From Candidatus Omnitrophica bacterium 4484_213 (GTDB lineage: Bacteria; Omnitrophota; 4484-213): a DNA stretch of 64,000 nt. This document shows, one piece after another, positions 20,910 through 31,102 of this stretch. Positions within the stretch are counted from its first letter, which is position 1, and each line of letters opens with the position of its first letter. The position numbers and the translations under genes are program-made. Location of the stretch: contig MZGK01000002.1 in NCBI GenBank assembly GCA_002085025.1, positions 15,341 through 79,340 of the forward strand, in the 5' to 3' direction. The notes below the pieces were generated by a model. That model saw nothing but the letters and a program-made list of their open reading frames with translations. It ran no database searches and had not been told where the DNA came from.

Positions 20910-22667
20910 TTAGAACTGTCTAGTAGGGTAAATACATCGCTGTAATCGCTGTATATTAAATCTGCTTCGGGAAAAACGTTTTATATCTTTTATTGTCTCT
21001 AAATTCAAAATCTCTCTAGCCGCGGCCTTTGCTTCCTTTAAAGATACTGAACGAATTACCTTTTTTACTCTCAATAGCATTAAAGGGCTGACGCTAAATT
21101 TAGTCAACCCTAACCCCAAGAGCAAAGGAATGAAAACTGGCTCGCTACACATCTCTCCGCACATTCCCACCCAAATACCTTCTTTGTGAGCAGCCTCAAT
21201 GACAGTTTTGATCAATCTTAATATCGCCGGATGATTGGGTTCATACAAATAGGCAATCTTTTCATTTATTCTATCTACTGCTAAGGAATACTGAATGAGG
21301 TCATTGGTTCCGATGCTAAAGAAATCTGCCTCTTTTGCCAGAATATCAGCGGTGAGAGCCGCTGATGGAATCTCAATCATTGCTCCTATTTCTACTTTTT
21401 TGTCAAAGGGAATACTTTGTTCTTCTAAATCTTTCTTTACCTCTGCTAAGACTCTATTTGCCTGTCTAAATTCCTCCACACTGGAAATCATTGGATACAT
21501 AATTTTTAACTTGCCATATTTACTTGCCCGCAAAATGGCCTTTAACTGTGTCTTAAAGATATCTGGCCTTGCCAAACAAAATCTTATTGCTCGCCAACCC
21601 ATAAAAGGATTCATCTCTGCCGGGATATTTAAATGCGATAAAAATTTATCGCCACCCAAATCTAATGTCCTGATGACTACCGGATGCGGGTTCATCTTTT
21701 GAGCAACAAACTTATACGCTTGATATTGTTCTTCTTCGGTAGGCAGAACAGAACGGTTGAGAAAAAAATATTCTGTGCGATACAGTCCAATGCCCTCAGC
21801 CCCTTCTTTTAAAACGGAGTCAATCTCTTCAGGCAACTCTATATTTGCAGTTATCTCTATCGGGCAGCCGTCCTTGGTTTGAGCAGGCAAAGCCCGTATC
21901 TTCTTCAATTCTTGATTAAACTTTAAAACCTCTTCTTTCTTTTTATAATACTTTTCAATTACCTCAGGCCGAGGATTTATAATTACAATTCCTTTGTCTC
22001 CGTCGATAATTAAAAGATCACCATTCTTTGCCTTGGTGCTAATTTTTTCTAATCCCACAACAGCAGGAATCTCGAGGGCGCGAGCCATAATTGCCGTATG
22101 GCTCGTCTTTCCGCCAACATCGGTAGCAAAACCCATAATTTTTTCTTTACGCATTAAGGCAGTATCCGAAGGAGACAAATCATAAGAAATGACAATGACA
22201 TTTCTCTCGAGATTAGCCAGATTCGTCTTTTTTCTTCCTAAAAGATTTCTAATTATCCTCTTTCCTACATCCTGAATATCACTTATCCTCTCTTTAAAAT
22301 AGGCATCGTCAATCTTAGAAAACGCCTTTTTATAATTTCGGATAATCTGCTGAAAAAGATATTCCGCGGTGAGTTTTCTTTTCTTTATCTTCTCAGTCAT
22401 TTGCTCCGTTAATACAGGGTCGTCTAAAATTAATAAATGGGCATTAAAGATGTCGCTATGTTTAGAGCCGAGTTCTCTATTTAACTTCTTCTGAATATTG
22501 ATAATCTCCTCACGGGTTTGCTTCAATACCTGTTTAAAGCGCTCAATTTCCTCAGGAACCTCCTCTTTTTTTATCGCTATCTTAGGAATAACAAAACTCT
22601 CCATATTCAGCAAGAACGCCTTGCCGATTGCTATTCCTGGTGAGACGGCAATTCCTTTTAGAGCCAT
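20910..22667 (-). CDS. ptsI: Phosphoenolpyruvate-protein phosphotransferase (PTS enzyme I)
   Basis: MALKGIAVSPGIAIGKA...GGKTSHTAIMAR (active-site His)...PEP-utilising TIM barrel. Confidence 0.9.
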   Translation of the reverse strand: MALKGIAVSPGIAIGKAFLLNMESFVIPKIAIKKEEVPEEIERFKQVLKQTREEIINIQKKLNRELGSKHSDIFNAHLLILDDPVLTEQMTEKIKKRKLTAEYLFQQIIRNYKKAFSKIDDAYFKERISDIQDVGKRIIRNLLGRKKTNLANLERNVIVISYDLSPSDTALMRKEKIMGFATDVGGKTSHTAIMARALEIPAVVGLEKISTKAKNGDLLIIDGDKGIVIINPRPEVIEKYYKKKEEVLKFNQELKKIRALPAQTKDGCPIEITANIELPEEIDSVLKEGAEGIGLYRTEYFFLNRSVLPTEEEQYQAYKFVAQKMNPHPVVIRTLDLGGDKFLSHLNIPAEMNPFMGWRAIRFCLARPDIFKTQLKAILRASKYGKLKIMYPMISSVEEFRQANRVLAEVKKDLEEQSIPFDKKVEIGAMIEIPSAALTADILAKEADFFSIGTNDLIQYSLAVDRINEKIAYLYEPNHPAILRLIKTVIEAAHKEGIWVGMCGEMCSEPVFIPLLLGLGLTKFSVSPLMLLRVKKVIRSVSLKEAKAAAREILNLETIKDIKRFSRSRFNIQRLQRCIYPTRQF

Positions 22668-22939
22668 TAGCCCTCCAAATCACTCATCAACAATTTTTCT
22701 AATTCTTCTACTGCCTTGCGGGCATCTTTCCCCTTTGCCTCTATTTCCACCTCGTCCCCTTTTCCCGCAGCCAGCATCATTACACCCATAATTGACTTTC
22801 CGTTTATCTCCTGAGCCTCTTTTCGGATACTAATATCGCTTTCAAATTTGTTAGCTAATTGTACAAAAAGAGCGGCAGGCCGAGCATGCAGACCTAATCT
22901 GTTTTTTATTATTACTTTCTTTTTTATGGAAGACATCAA
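22667..22939 (-). CDS. ptsH: Phosphocarrier protein HPr
   Basis: KKKVIIKNRLGLHARPAALFV (His15 context) and GKSIMGVMMLAAGKGDEVEIEAKG (Ser46 region). Confidence 0.85.
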   Translation of the reverse strand: MMSSIKKKVIIKNRLGLHARPAALFVQLANKFESDISIRKEAQEINGKSIMGVMMLAAGKGDEVEIEAKGKDARKAVEELEKLLMSDLEG

Positions 22940-22982
22940 TAAAATTTTATAACCAAAAATTCCTGATTTATTTAGAAATCCT

Positions 22983-24203
22983 CTAAATCAAATTCCTCTG
23001 CAAGAGGTTGATTAAAAGAGCTGCCAATTTTTCGGAGTTATGACGCACATAATTAGAGGTGTCGATTATATCTCCTTGCACTACTGCATAACCTCTCTTT
23101 CGAATTCTTTCTGTATCTAAAACAACAGGGTAGGCATTTTCTTGTTTATATTTAGCCAGTAACTCATCAGGTACAGGGGCGCTATTTATAACACAATAAT
23201 TAACAATTTGAGGATAGGTATGTTTTATTATAGCCGCTAAATGCTCAAAAGCAGTATACCCATCAGTCTCTCCGGATTGGGTCATTACATTGCATACATA
23301 AACCTTGATTGCTTTACTTCTCTTTATTGCTTCCTGAATTTTTCTAATTAGAAGATTGGGAATTACACTGGTATATAAACTCCCAGGACCTAAAATGATA
23401 AGTTCGGCATCCTCTATCGCCTGAATAGCCTCAAAGGTAGGTTGGCAGTTATCAGGCTTCAGAAAAACCCGTTCTATAGAAAGATTGGCTTTTGTAATAT
23501 TTGTTTCTCCTTCGATTACTCTCCCGTTTTTCCCCCGGGCAATCAAAGAGACGTTTTCTAAGGTAGAAGGAACTACTTTTCCTTGAATAGCTAAAACTTC
23601 GCTTGATTTTCTTATCGCTTCTTCAAAATCTCCGGTGACATCTGTAAGAGCAGCAATAAATAGATTGCCAAAACTATGTCCACTTAAATCACCATTCTTA
23701 AAGCGATAATTAAAAAGGTTCTTCATTAAAGGTTCGGTTTCTGCTAAAGCGACCAGGCAGTTTCTGATGTCCCCCGGAGGGAGCATATTAAATTGTTTAG
23801 TCAGTCTCCCCGAGCTGCCGCCGGTATCCGTTACAGTAACAATTGCAGTAATATTATCTGTATACTTCTTAACCCCGTGCAAAAGTGTAGAAAGACCCGT
23901 CCCTCCGCCAATGGCTACAATTTTGGGGCCCCATCTTAACTGCCTTTTTTGGTAGATGATATCTACTATTTTTTCTTCCTGTTTTGGCAAAAGAACATTT
24001 ATGAATACCTTTATTATTTTCTCTATGCTTAAAATTACCGCCCCTATTCCTGCGATGAGCAGCAGAAGTCCCGACTGCTTAATAGGAAATTCGGCAGAAG
24101 CCCATCGGACGGCTCCCGAAGTAATCATAATAATCCCGAGGGTGCATAAACATATCCATCTCTTTATGCGCATTCCCGGGTATAGCCATTTTATCAGTTT
24201 CAT
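22983..24203 (-). CDS. YvcK-like gluconeogenesis factor (CofD/UPF0052 family) with N-terminal TM segments
   Basis: IVAIGGGTGLSTLLHGVKKYTDNITAIVTVTDTGGSSGRL is the YvcK signature. Confidence 0.8.
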   Translation of the reverse strand: MKLIKWLYPGMRIKRWICLCTLGIIMITSGAVRWASAEFPIKQSGLLLLIAGIGAVILSIEKIIKVFINVLLPKQEEKIVDIIYQKRQLRWGPKIVAIGGGTGLSTLLHGVKKYTDNITAIVTVTDTGGSSGRLTKQFNMLPPGDIRNCLVALAETEPLMKNLFNYRFKNGDLSGHSFGNLFIAALTDVTGDFEEAIRKSSEVLAIQGKVVPSTLENVSLIARGKNGRVIEGETNITKANLSIERVFLKPDNCQPTFEAIQAIEDAELIILGPGSLYTSVIPNLLIRKIQEAIKRSKAIKVYVCNVMTQSGETDGYTAFEHLAAIIKHTYPQIVNYCVINSAPVPDELLAKYKQENAYPVVLDTERIRKRGYAVVQGDIIDTSNYVRHNSEKLAALLINLLQRNLI

Positions 24204-24204
24204 A

Positions 24205-24262
24205 ATATCACTGATGACACTGATTATTGCTGATTACACTGATGAACTATCAGTGTAATCAG
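24205..24262. repeat. CACTGAT palindrome cluster (37-bp perfect palindrome cactgattacactgatgaactatcagtgtaatcagtg) at the yvcK start
   Basis: Seen directly. Confidence 0.7.
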
Positions 24263-24268
24263 TGTTGT

Positions 24269-24823
24269 TTAGAATACCTCATTCAACCCTTTTTCTTTAT
24301 TCATCTTTGCCAGGAGTTTTTCGTCCAATTGTTTAGCCGGATGGAGCCCCATCCTCTTTGCTCTCTGGGTTAAAGCAGCGACCTCAATAAGTGTGGCTAT
24401 ATTCCTTCCTGGACGCACCGGGATTATTAAATAGGGCAATTTAACATCCAGGATTGCATAAGTTTTTTCCTCTAATCCTAAACGTTCGTATTCTTGGTTT
24501 GAATCCCACTTCTCTAAGCAAACAACCATTCCAATCCTTTTTTGATTTCGAACCGCTCCTACTCCAAATATATCTTTCACATTTATAATTCCTAACCCTC
24601 TAATCTCTATATAATGCTTTATTAATTCATCAGCACTTCTCCCAAGCAAGATTTTCTTTCCTTTAAGTTCAATATGTACCATATCATCAGCAACTAAGCG
24701 GTGTCCTCGCTCTATTAATTCTAAAGCACATTCGCTTTTCCCTGCTCCGCTTTTGCCGGTAAGTAATACTCCCACACCATAGACATCTACTATAGTACCA
24801 TGAAGGGTAAGGGTATTTTTCAT
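24269..24823 (-). CDS. hprK: HPr kinase/phosphorylase, short form (catalytic C-terminal domain only)
   Basis: VYGVGVLLTGKSGAGKSECALELIERGHRLVADD P-loop. Only 184 aa. Confidence 0.8.
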   Translation of the reverse strand: MKNTLTLHGTIVDVYGVGVLLTGKSGAGKSECALELIERGHRLVADDMVHIELKGKKILLGRSADELIKHYIEIRGLGIINVKDIFGVGAVRNQKRIGMVVCLEKWDSNQEYERLGLEEKTYAILDVKLPYLIIPVRPGRNIATLIEVAALTQRAKRMGLHPAKQLDEKLLAKMNKEKGLNEVF

Positions 24824-25287
24824 TATTCCTGCCGTTTATCCTCAGCAATTATTATCTTCAATAATTCTTTCTCGCTCTTTGCCTGCCGCAGAGAGAGACA
24901 AAAATTCTTATCTTTAAGAAGACGGGATATCCTTGCCAATGCTTTTAAATGCGGTCCTGAAGAATTCCGAGGAGCTACCAATAAAAAGAAGATATAGACC
25001 AATTCTCCATCCAGGGCATCGAATTTTACCCCTTGCTTAGAAATCCCCACAGCGCCAGTTAATTTCCTTATTGTATCTGACTTACCGTGAGGAATAGCAA
25101 TCCCCTGGCCAATTCCGGTGCTTCCCAACTCCTCTCTCTCCATAAGGGTTTTGACCAAGACATCTTTCTGTTCAGCCTCCCCCGCTTTTATCAATAAATC
25201 TACCAATTCTTCAATCACTCCTTTTTTGTCTTTAGCCAAGAGATTGACGCTGACTGCTTTCTGGTTTAAAAAATCTACAATTTTCAT
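24823..25287 (-). CDS. ptsN: PTS IIA-like nitrogen regulatory protein
   Basis: PTS_EIIA_2 fold with GIAIPHGK active-site His. Confidence 0.8.
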   Translation of the reverse strand: MKIVDFLNQKAVSVNLLAKDKKGVIEELVDLLIKAGEAEQKDVLVKTLMEREELGSTGIGQGIAIPHGKSDTIRKLTGAVGISKQGVKFDALDGELVYIFFLLVAPRNSSGPHLKALARISRLLKDKNFCLSLRQAKSEKELLKIIIAEDKRQE

Positions 25288-25455
25288 TTTTAATAAGCAC
25301 GCGATTTACGGAACGAAGTGCTCGTAAATCGCTGTGCACATTGAGCCCAGCGCTTATTTTACCAAGAACAGTTGAGAATAAAACATAAGCATAGCTTTTA
25401 AAAAATTGTTTTATTTAAAAATTACCTTGATGATAAAATAAGCGCTGGGAAATTC
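25288..25455. other. Shared leader / long inverted-repeat element family 3 (agcacg-hairpin-gctgtgcNNattgaRcccagcNNNNAtttt ... about 75 nt AT-rich ... aaaaTNNNNgctggg) abutting the ptsN start
   Basis: Arms gagcccagcgcttatttt / aaaataagcgctggg. The same architecture with compensatory changes occurs at 43213-43365 and 48963-49046, and a truncated copy at 55689-55765. Confidence 0.65.
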
Positions 25456-25500
25456 CACTAACAAATTTGCGAAGCACTTCGTGCAACGCAAATTTGAGTT

Positions 25501-25788
25501 TCATTTATTTTTTATCTTATCCTTTAAATGAGAGAGCTGTTCTTCTACTTTGTCAATCGCTTTATTTAAACAAAAGCGAAGGTCCTCATTCTCTTCTTTG
25601 GCTGTGCAGGTTAACTTCTTAGCTGATAGAATTATTTCCGTGAGGTACCTCTCCTTCTGGCGAGAAATAACAACATGCACATTAATAATATGAGTAAAAT
25701 ATTTCTTAAATCGCTCTACCTTAGTTTCAATATCTCTTTTTAAATTATCACTTAGTTCAAAATGCCTTCCGGTAATTGTAAGATTCAT
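25501..25788 (-). CDS. hpf: Ribosome hibernation promoting factor
   Basis: MNLTITGRHFELSDNLKRDIETKVERFKKYF matches the RaiA/HPF family. Confidence 0.85.
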   Translation of the reverse strand: MNLTITGRHFELSDNLKRDIETKVERFKKYFTHIINVHVVISRQKERYLTEIILSAKKLTCTAKEENEDLRFCLNKAIDKVEEQLSHLKDKIKNK

Positions 25789-25799
25789 CAGCTTCCTCC

Positions 25800-26525
25800 T
25801 TACAACCTAAACTTCTCCCCCAGATAAATCTTTCTTGCCTGGGGGTCATTAACCAATTCCTCAGAGGTTCCCGAAATTAAAATTTTCCCTTCTGCCATTA
25901 TATAAGCGCAATCAGTTATAGCCAGCGTTTCTCGCACATTGTGGTCGGTAAGCAGAATACCAATTCCTTTTTGTTTTAAATGAGCGATAATTTCCTGAAT
26001 GTCAGCAACGGCAATGGGGTCTACTCCACTGAATGGTTCATCTAAGAGAATAAAAGAAGGGTTAGTAACTAATGCTCTGGTAATTTCTAATCTTCTCTTC
26101 TCTCCTCCGGAGAGTGTCCAGGCTTTATTTCCGGCTAAATAGGTTATATTTAACTCTTTTAGAAGCTGTTTTAATCTATTTCTTCTTTCTGCGCGCGATA
26201 AAGGAAAATTTTCTAAAATTGCCATAATATTTCCTTCTACAGTAAGGTTTTGAAAAACAGAGGTCTCCTGAGAAAGATAGCTAATTCCCAATCTTGCTCT
26301 TTTATACACCGGTAATTTACTTATCTCTTGATTATTGAAGAATATTCTCCCAAAATCTATCTTTATTATACCTACAATAGAATAAAAAGTAGTTGTTTTT
26401 CCTGCTCCATTAGGACCTAATAAACCAACGACCTCTCCCGTATGCACTTCAATTTCTACTTTGTCAACCACTTTTTTTTGGTTATAAATCTTTACTAAAT
26501 TTTCTGTCCGCAATAATGAAGTCAT
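25800..26525 (-). CDS. lptB: LPS export ABC transporter ATP-binding protein
   Basis: Walker A GPNGAGKTTTF, LSGGEKRRLEI, and the lptB-hpf-ptsN context. Confidence 0.85.
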   Translation of the reverse strand: MTSLLRTENLVKIYNQKKVVDKVEIEVHTGEVVGLLGPNGAGKTTTFYSIVGIIKIDFGRIFFNNQEISKLPVYKRARLGISYLSQETSVFQNLTVEGNIMAILENFPLSRAERRNRLKQLLKELNITYLAGNKAWTLSGGEKRRLEITRALVTNPSFILLDEPFSGVDPIAVADIQEIIAHLKQKGIGILLTDHNVRETLAITDCAYIMAEGKILISGTSEELVNDPQARKIYLGEKFRL

Positions 26526-26529
26526 CTCT

Positions 26530-28831
26530 TTAAAAGTAGAGAGATATCAACGAATTTACCCCGTTAGAAAGCCCCGTTTCCTTCTTCCTTATAGGGGCAA
26601 ATTCCTTATAGGAACGATAAAGAAGTTGTTCCCATTTATACTTGATAGTCAATATCTCAGGCAACTTTTCTATGTTTCTAGCTGTGGCTTGGGCAAAGTC
26701 AACCTTCCCCCCGCCTCTTCCATCCAGCTGCTCGGCAATTTCATTAATCACCTGTCCACAGTGAATTTTCCCGCTTAAATCTCTCGTGGTAGTCATTATT
26801 AAATAAATCTTATTATCCTTCACCGAGGCCAAGCCAATAACATCTAAATCTATCTTTTTTCTGAGAACATCGGAGATCTCTCTTAATTCAGGAAAATCAA
26901 AACCGAAGAACTGGCGAATAACTACATCCCTTTCCTTCTCCTGATTAAGAGAAGCAAAGATGTCCTTAGCATAATAACCAAATAATTCTCTTTTCAATCT
27001 CTCATTTCTCTTCTTCGACTCTTTTAGCTGCTGAATAATATCCTTTGCTTTCTCAATTATTTTTTTACGCGAAGCAGAAAAGATTTGGGCAAGCTCTTCA
27101 ATCTTGTTTTCTTCTTCTTTTATTAATTGATAAAGTCCTTCGGACATGGACACCACCACAAAATTCCTTACTGTAATTACCGATAGAAACAACTTGCACT
27201 TCTTCTCCATATTTCTCCTCAAACAAACCAATTGCCCCAGCCTCAATTGCTTTTTGTTTGGGCATTAATTCCCTTTCCACGGCGTCATTGTTTAAAATTC
27301 TATTATTAACCATTTCCTCTACCTTTGTCAACTCCTCTTTGGTTAAACCCCGGGGGTGGGTAAAGTCAAAATGGAAATAAGCCGGAAAGATAATGGAACC
27401 GGCCTGTCTGATATGTCTGCCCAGAATTTCTCTTAACACACTTTGCAAAATGTGAGTGGCTGTGTGATTGCGAGCAACATCTATCTCTTCTTCTCCCCAC
27501 ACCCCTAGCAAAGGTAATCCTTGCTTTTTTGCCCTTTCCTTTTCATCTTGCTTAGTAAAAATTTGTTTATTAAAAACTGATTTTTCTCTTGAACGCCGAC
27601 GTTGTTTTTCCACATATTGAATGAATTTCTGCCTATTTAACTCAATTCCTCTCTGGGAGACCAAATTTTCAATTTCTTCATAGGGAAGACCATAAGTATC
27701 ATAGAGTTCAAAAGCGGTTTTTTCGTTTATATCCTTTTTGTTATCTAAAATTGATATCGCTCGATTTATTGTTTGGATAAATTTCGCTTCTTCCTCTTTT
27801 ATTGTTTCTTTTATCCTTTTTTCTGCCTCTTTGACCTCAGGATAAACGCCCTCGGCGAGTTTGACAACAACTGGCACTAAATTATATAAAAAAGGAGATT
27901 CTATCTTTAAATCTCTCCCCAAACTGGCTGCCTTGCGAATCAACTTTCTAATTACATAGCCTTCCCTTTCATTAGCGGGAATAGCACCATCAGCAATGGT
28001 AAATACGACCGCTCGGATGTAATCAGCAATGATATAATGAGCGGGTAGCGGGTAGCGGGTAGCGGGTAGCGGGAGAGATTCTACGATTAGCTTGAAGAGG
28101 TCGGTTTCAAAGTCGTTTCGCACACCTTGGAGCACTGCAGTGAGTCGTTCCAGGCCCATCCCGGTATCAACATTCTTATTTTTCAATTCTTCTATTTTGC
28201 CCTTATCGCGATTAAACTGGGTAAACACAAGGTTCCACACCTCTATAGAGTTATCGGGGCAGAATTCTTCCCTGCCTTGCTGGCCAGTAGCTTCCCAATC
28301 ATAGAAAATTTCCGAACAAGGACCACAAGGCCCATCCGGACCCTCCTCCAGGGCATTGCTTGGCCAGAAATTCTCTCTCGAACCAAATTTTTTAATCCTT
28401 TCTTCAGGAAGCCCGATTTTCTTTTTCCATATTTGCGCGCTCTCTTCATCGTCTTCAAAGACTGAAACCCATAACTTCTCAGCCGGGAGGCTTAACTTTG
28501 AGGTCAAGAATTCCCATGCCCACTTAATCGCCTCTTCCTTATAATAATCCCCAAAAGAAAAATTGCCCAGCATCTCAAAGAATGTGTGGTGGCCTGGAAC
28601 CCTCCCTACTTCTTCTATATCGGCTGTCCGCAAGCACTTCTGACAGGAAGCCGCTCTTTTTAGATCTTTGGGTGGATGCAAAAAGAACTCCTTGAATTGA
28701 TTCATCCCTGCTGAGGTGAATAATAAGGAAGGGTCATCTTGGGGAAGCAGAGAAGATGAAGGAAAAATCTTGTGCCCCTTTTCCTTGAAGAAACTCAAAA
28801 ATTTCTCTCTGATTTCATTAGCAGTTGTCAT
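26530..28831 (-). CDS. alaS: Alanyl-tRNA synthetase, split into two overlapping ORFs (27098..28831 and 26530..27246) by a frameshift near nt 27150; the C-terminus reads into REP-like element
   Basis: N-terminal catalytic core (FTSAGMNQFK...), then FCGGVHV where the frame is lost, and the continuation SEGLYQLIKEE...DHHA1 GRGGGKVDFAQA in another frame. Confidence 0.8.
26548..26646 (+). repeat. REP-like element family 1, copy 2
   Basis: Near-identical to 4045-4142. Confidence 0.8.
28041..28073. repeat. Heptanucleotide tandem repeat (GCGGGTA)x4.7 inside the alaS coding sequence
   Basis: gcgggtagcgggtagcgggtagcgggtagcggg encodes LPATRYPLPA in frame. Confidence 0.8.
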
Positions 28832-29853
28832 ATTTCCCTTCCTGCCACTTCGGCAAACTCTTTAAGTTCCTCCATCAACTTTTCAAATTTCGCCGGCAGC
28901 AGGGATTGAGCACCATCAGATAACGCCTCTTCTGGACAAGGATGAACCTCAATAAGTAAACCATCACTTCCACAAGCAACAGCGGCTCTGGAAAGAGGAA
29001 AGATTAGTTTCCAGCTCCCACTGGCGTGGCTGGGGTCAACAATAATGGGCAAATGGGTCAAACTTTTGACTATAGGAATAGCAGAAATATCCAGGGTATT
29101 ACGGGTAGCCGTTTCAAAGGTTCTAATGCCTCTTTCGCAGAGGATGACATTGGAATTGCCCTGGGAAAGAATATACTCGGCGCTCATCAACCATTCGTTA
29201 ATAGTGGACATCAATCCTCTTTTTAACACCACTGTCTTTTTAGATAGACCAACTTCTTTCAAGAGATTAAAGTTCTGCATATTGCGAGCACCAATTTGGA
29301 GAATATCAGCGTATTTTTCTACGAGCTGGACATCGCGAGTGTCCATAACTTCAGTGACTGTAAGCAATCCTACATCTTTTCCTACCTGCTTTAAGTACTT
29401 TAGCCCTTCTTCTCCTAATCCTTGAAAACTATAGGGAGAGGTGCGCGGCTTAAATGCTCCTCCTCTTAGAATAGTCACTCCGGCTTTCTTCACTGCCCTT
29501 GCCGTCTGCAATAAATTATCATAACTTTCAATCGCACACGGCCCAGCCATTACCACGATTCTCTTGCCTCCAATCTGTTCTCTTAGGCCTCCATTAGAAA
29601 CACTAATTATACTGTTTTCAGGATGAAACTCTCGAGAAACCAATTTATAGGGCTTAAGGATAGGCATTACCTTCTCTACGCCGGGAAATGCCTCCAGTGG
29701 TTGAACCCTTAATTTATCTTCTTCCCCGATAACGCCGATAATTGTCCGCTCAATCCCCTTGGAAACAATGGTCTTTAGCCCCCAAGATTGAACCTTCTCT
29801 GTAATATGCTGAATTTCCTTTTCCGTAGCAGTTGGTTTCAAGACAATGATCAT
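28828..29853 (-). CDS. 3-deoxy-7-phosphoheptulonate (DAHP) synthase, type I-beta with N-terminal regulatory domain
   Basis: N-terminal ferredoxin-like domain followed by the KDO8P/DAHP-synthase TIM barrel (GPCAIES...LKRG...VDPSHASG). Confidence 0.8.
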   Translation of the reverse strand: MIIVLKPTATEKEIQHITEKVQSWGLKTIVSKGIERTIIGVIGEEDKLRVQPLEAFPGVEKVMPILKPYKLVSREFHPENSIISVSNGGLREQIGGKRIVVMAGPCAIESYDNLLQTARAVKKAGVTILRGGAFKPRTSPYSFQGLGEEGLKYLKQVGKDVGLLTVTEVMDTRDVQLVEKYADILQIGARNMQNFNLLKEVGLSKKTVVLKRGLMSTINEWLMSAEYILSQGNSNVILCERGIRTFETATRNTLDISAIPIVKSLTHLPIIVDPSHASGSWKLIFPLSRAAVACGSDGLLIEVHPCPEEALSDGAQSLLPAKFEKLMEELKEFAEVAGREI

Positions 29854-29926
29854 AAGTTCCCCTTTTTAAAAATGATTACAGCGATAAATAACGATTACGG
29901 CGATTGACAATCTCAAGTTTTTAAAA

Positions 29927-31039
29927 CTATCTATCCTTTATCTCTAAAAGTGCCTTAATAAATTTCTCGTTCTCTTCTTTTTTTCCAATAGTTAAGCGCA
30001 CAAAGTTATTCAGTTTATAAGGTTTTAAATTGCGCACGATTATTCCATAAGCAAGCATCCTTCGGCAAAACTCTCTACCGTCTTGTCGAACATCTATGGT
30101 AACAAAATTGGTAGCGCTATTTATGTAAAAAAAATTCAGTTTATCTAAGGAGTTGCAAATATATTCTTTCCCTTCGCTTACCACCTCTTTTGTTTGGTTT
30201 AAGAATGTTTCATCATCTAAAACTGCTGCTGCGGCTTGTTGGGCTAGATAATTGACATTAAAGGGAAGGCGAACACGGTTCAAATAATCAATAAATTGAG
30301 GATTGCTGATTCCGTAGCCAATCCTCAGGCCGGCCAAGCCATAAAATTTAGAAAATGTCCTCAAGAGGATGAGATTTTGTTTATCTAAAAACTCAAGCAT
30401 CCGGGGATAATCATCGGCCTGAACAAACTCTATATAGGTCTGGTCTAAAATAATAACCACATTTTCGGGAATATCCTTTAAAAAATCTTCTATTTCACCT
30501 TGTTTTAAATAACTTCCTAAGGGATTGTTGGGGTTGGAGATAAAAATCAATTTTGTTTTGTTGTTGATTGCTAATTTTATTCTTTTTAAATCGGTCCTAA
30601 AATCCTTGACAGATACACAAACAATCTTGGCGCCAGCCGCCTTAGCCGCCAATTTATAAATTAAAAAATCGGGTTCACTCAAGATTACTTCTTCTCCGGG
30701 ATTTAAAAATGCTTTAATAATCAGCTCAATAATCTCATCCGAACCATTGCCTAAGATTATATTTTGGGGATTAAGGCCGCATCTCTTAGCAATCTTTTCT
30801 CGCAGAGAAAAGGGTCTATCCGGGGGATAACGATAGATATTCTTCAGCGAAGATTTTATCGCTTCTATCGCCTTCTGCGAAACCCCAATTGGATTCTCAT
30901 TGGAAGCGAGTTTAATAAGCTCTTTATCAATGCCGACATCCTTTGCATTCAGCCCTGGCTGATATGGTTGTAAGCCAAGAATGGATTCTTTGGCTAAATT
31001 TTGGAGTTGGGTGGACATTTCAGAAAGTGCTATTTCCAT
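29927..31039 (-). CDS. hisC: Histidinol-phosphate / aromatic aminotransferase (class II)
   Basis: LASNENP...PLP-lysine context SKFYGLAGLRIGY. Confidence 0.75.
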   Translation of the reverse strand: MEIALSEMSTQLQNLAKESILGLQPYQPGLNAKDVGIDKELIKLASNENPIGVSQKAIEAIKSSLKNIYRYPPDRPFSLREKIAKRCGLNPQNIILGNGSDEIIELIIKAFLNPGEEVILSEPDFLIYKLAAKAAGAKIVCVSVKDFRTDLKRIKLAINNKTKLIFISNPNNPLGSYLKQGEIEDFLKDIPENVVIILDQTYIEFVQADDYPRMLEFLDKQNLILLRTFSKFYGLAGLRIGYGISNPQFIDYLNRVRLPFNVNYLAQQAAAAVLDDETFLNQTKEVVSEGKEYICNSLDKLNFFYINSATNFVTIDVRQDGREFCRRMLAYGIIVRNLKPYKLNNFVRLTIGKKEENEKFIKALLEIKDR

Positions 31040-31102
31040 ATTCTTTTTTTCTGCTCTGTCTTTTAGCTTGAAGTCTGGAGCTTGTTGTCTCCAGCCTATA
31101 AT

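Noticed and set aside
25288-25345. Sigma-54 promoter (GG-N10-GC) in the shared ptsN leader
   Set aside because: GTGCAC..TTTAC lacks the conserved GG and GC dinucleotides at the correct spacing.
28092-28544. Plus- and minus-strand small ORFs inside alaS
   Set aside because: All are nested within the well-supported alaS reading frame.
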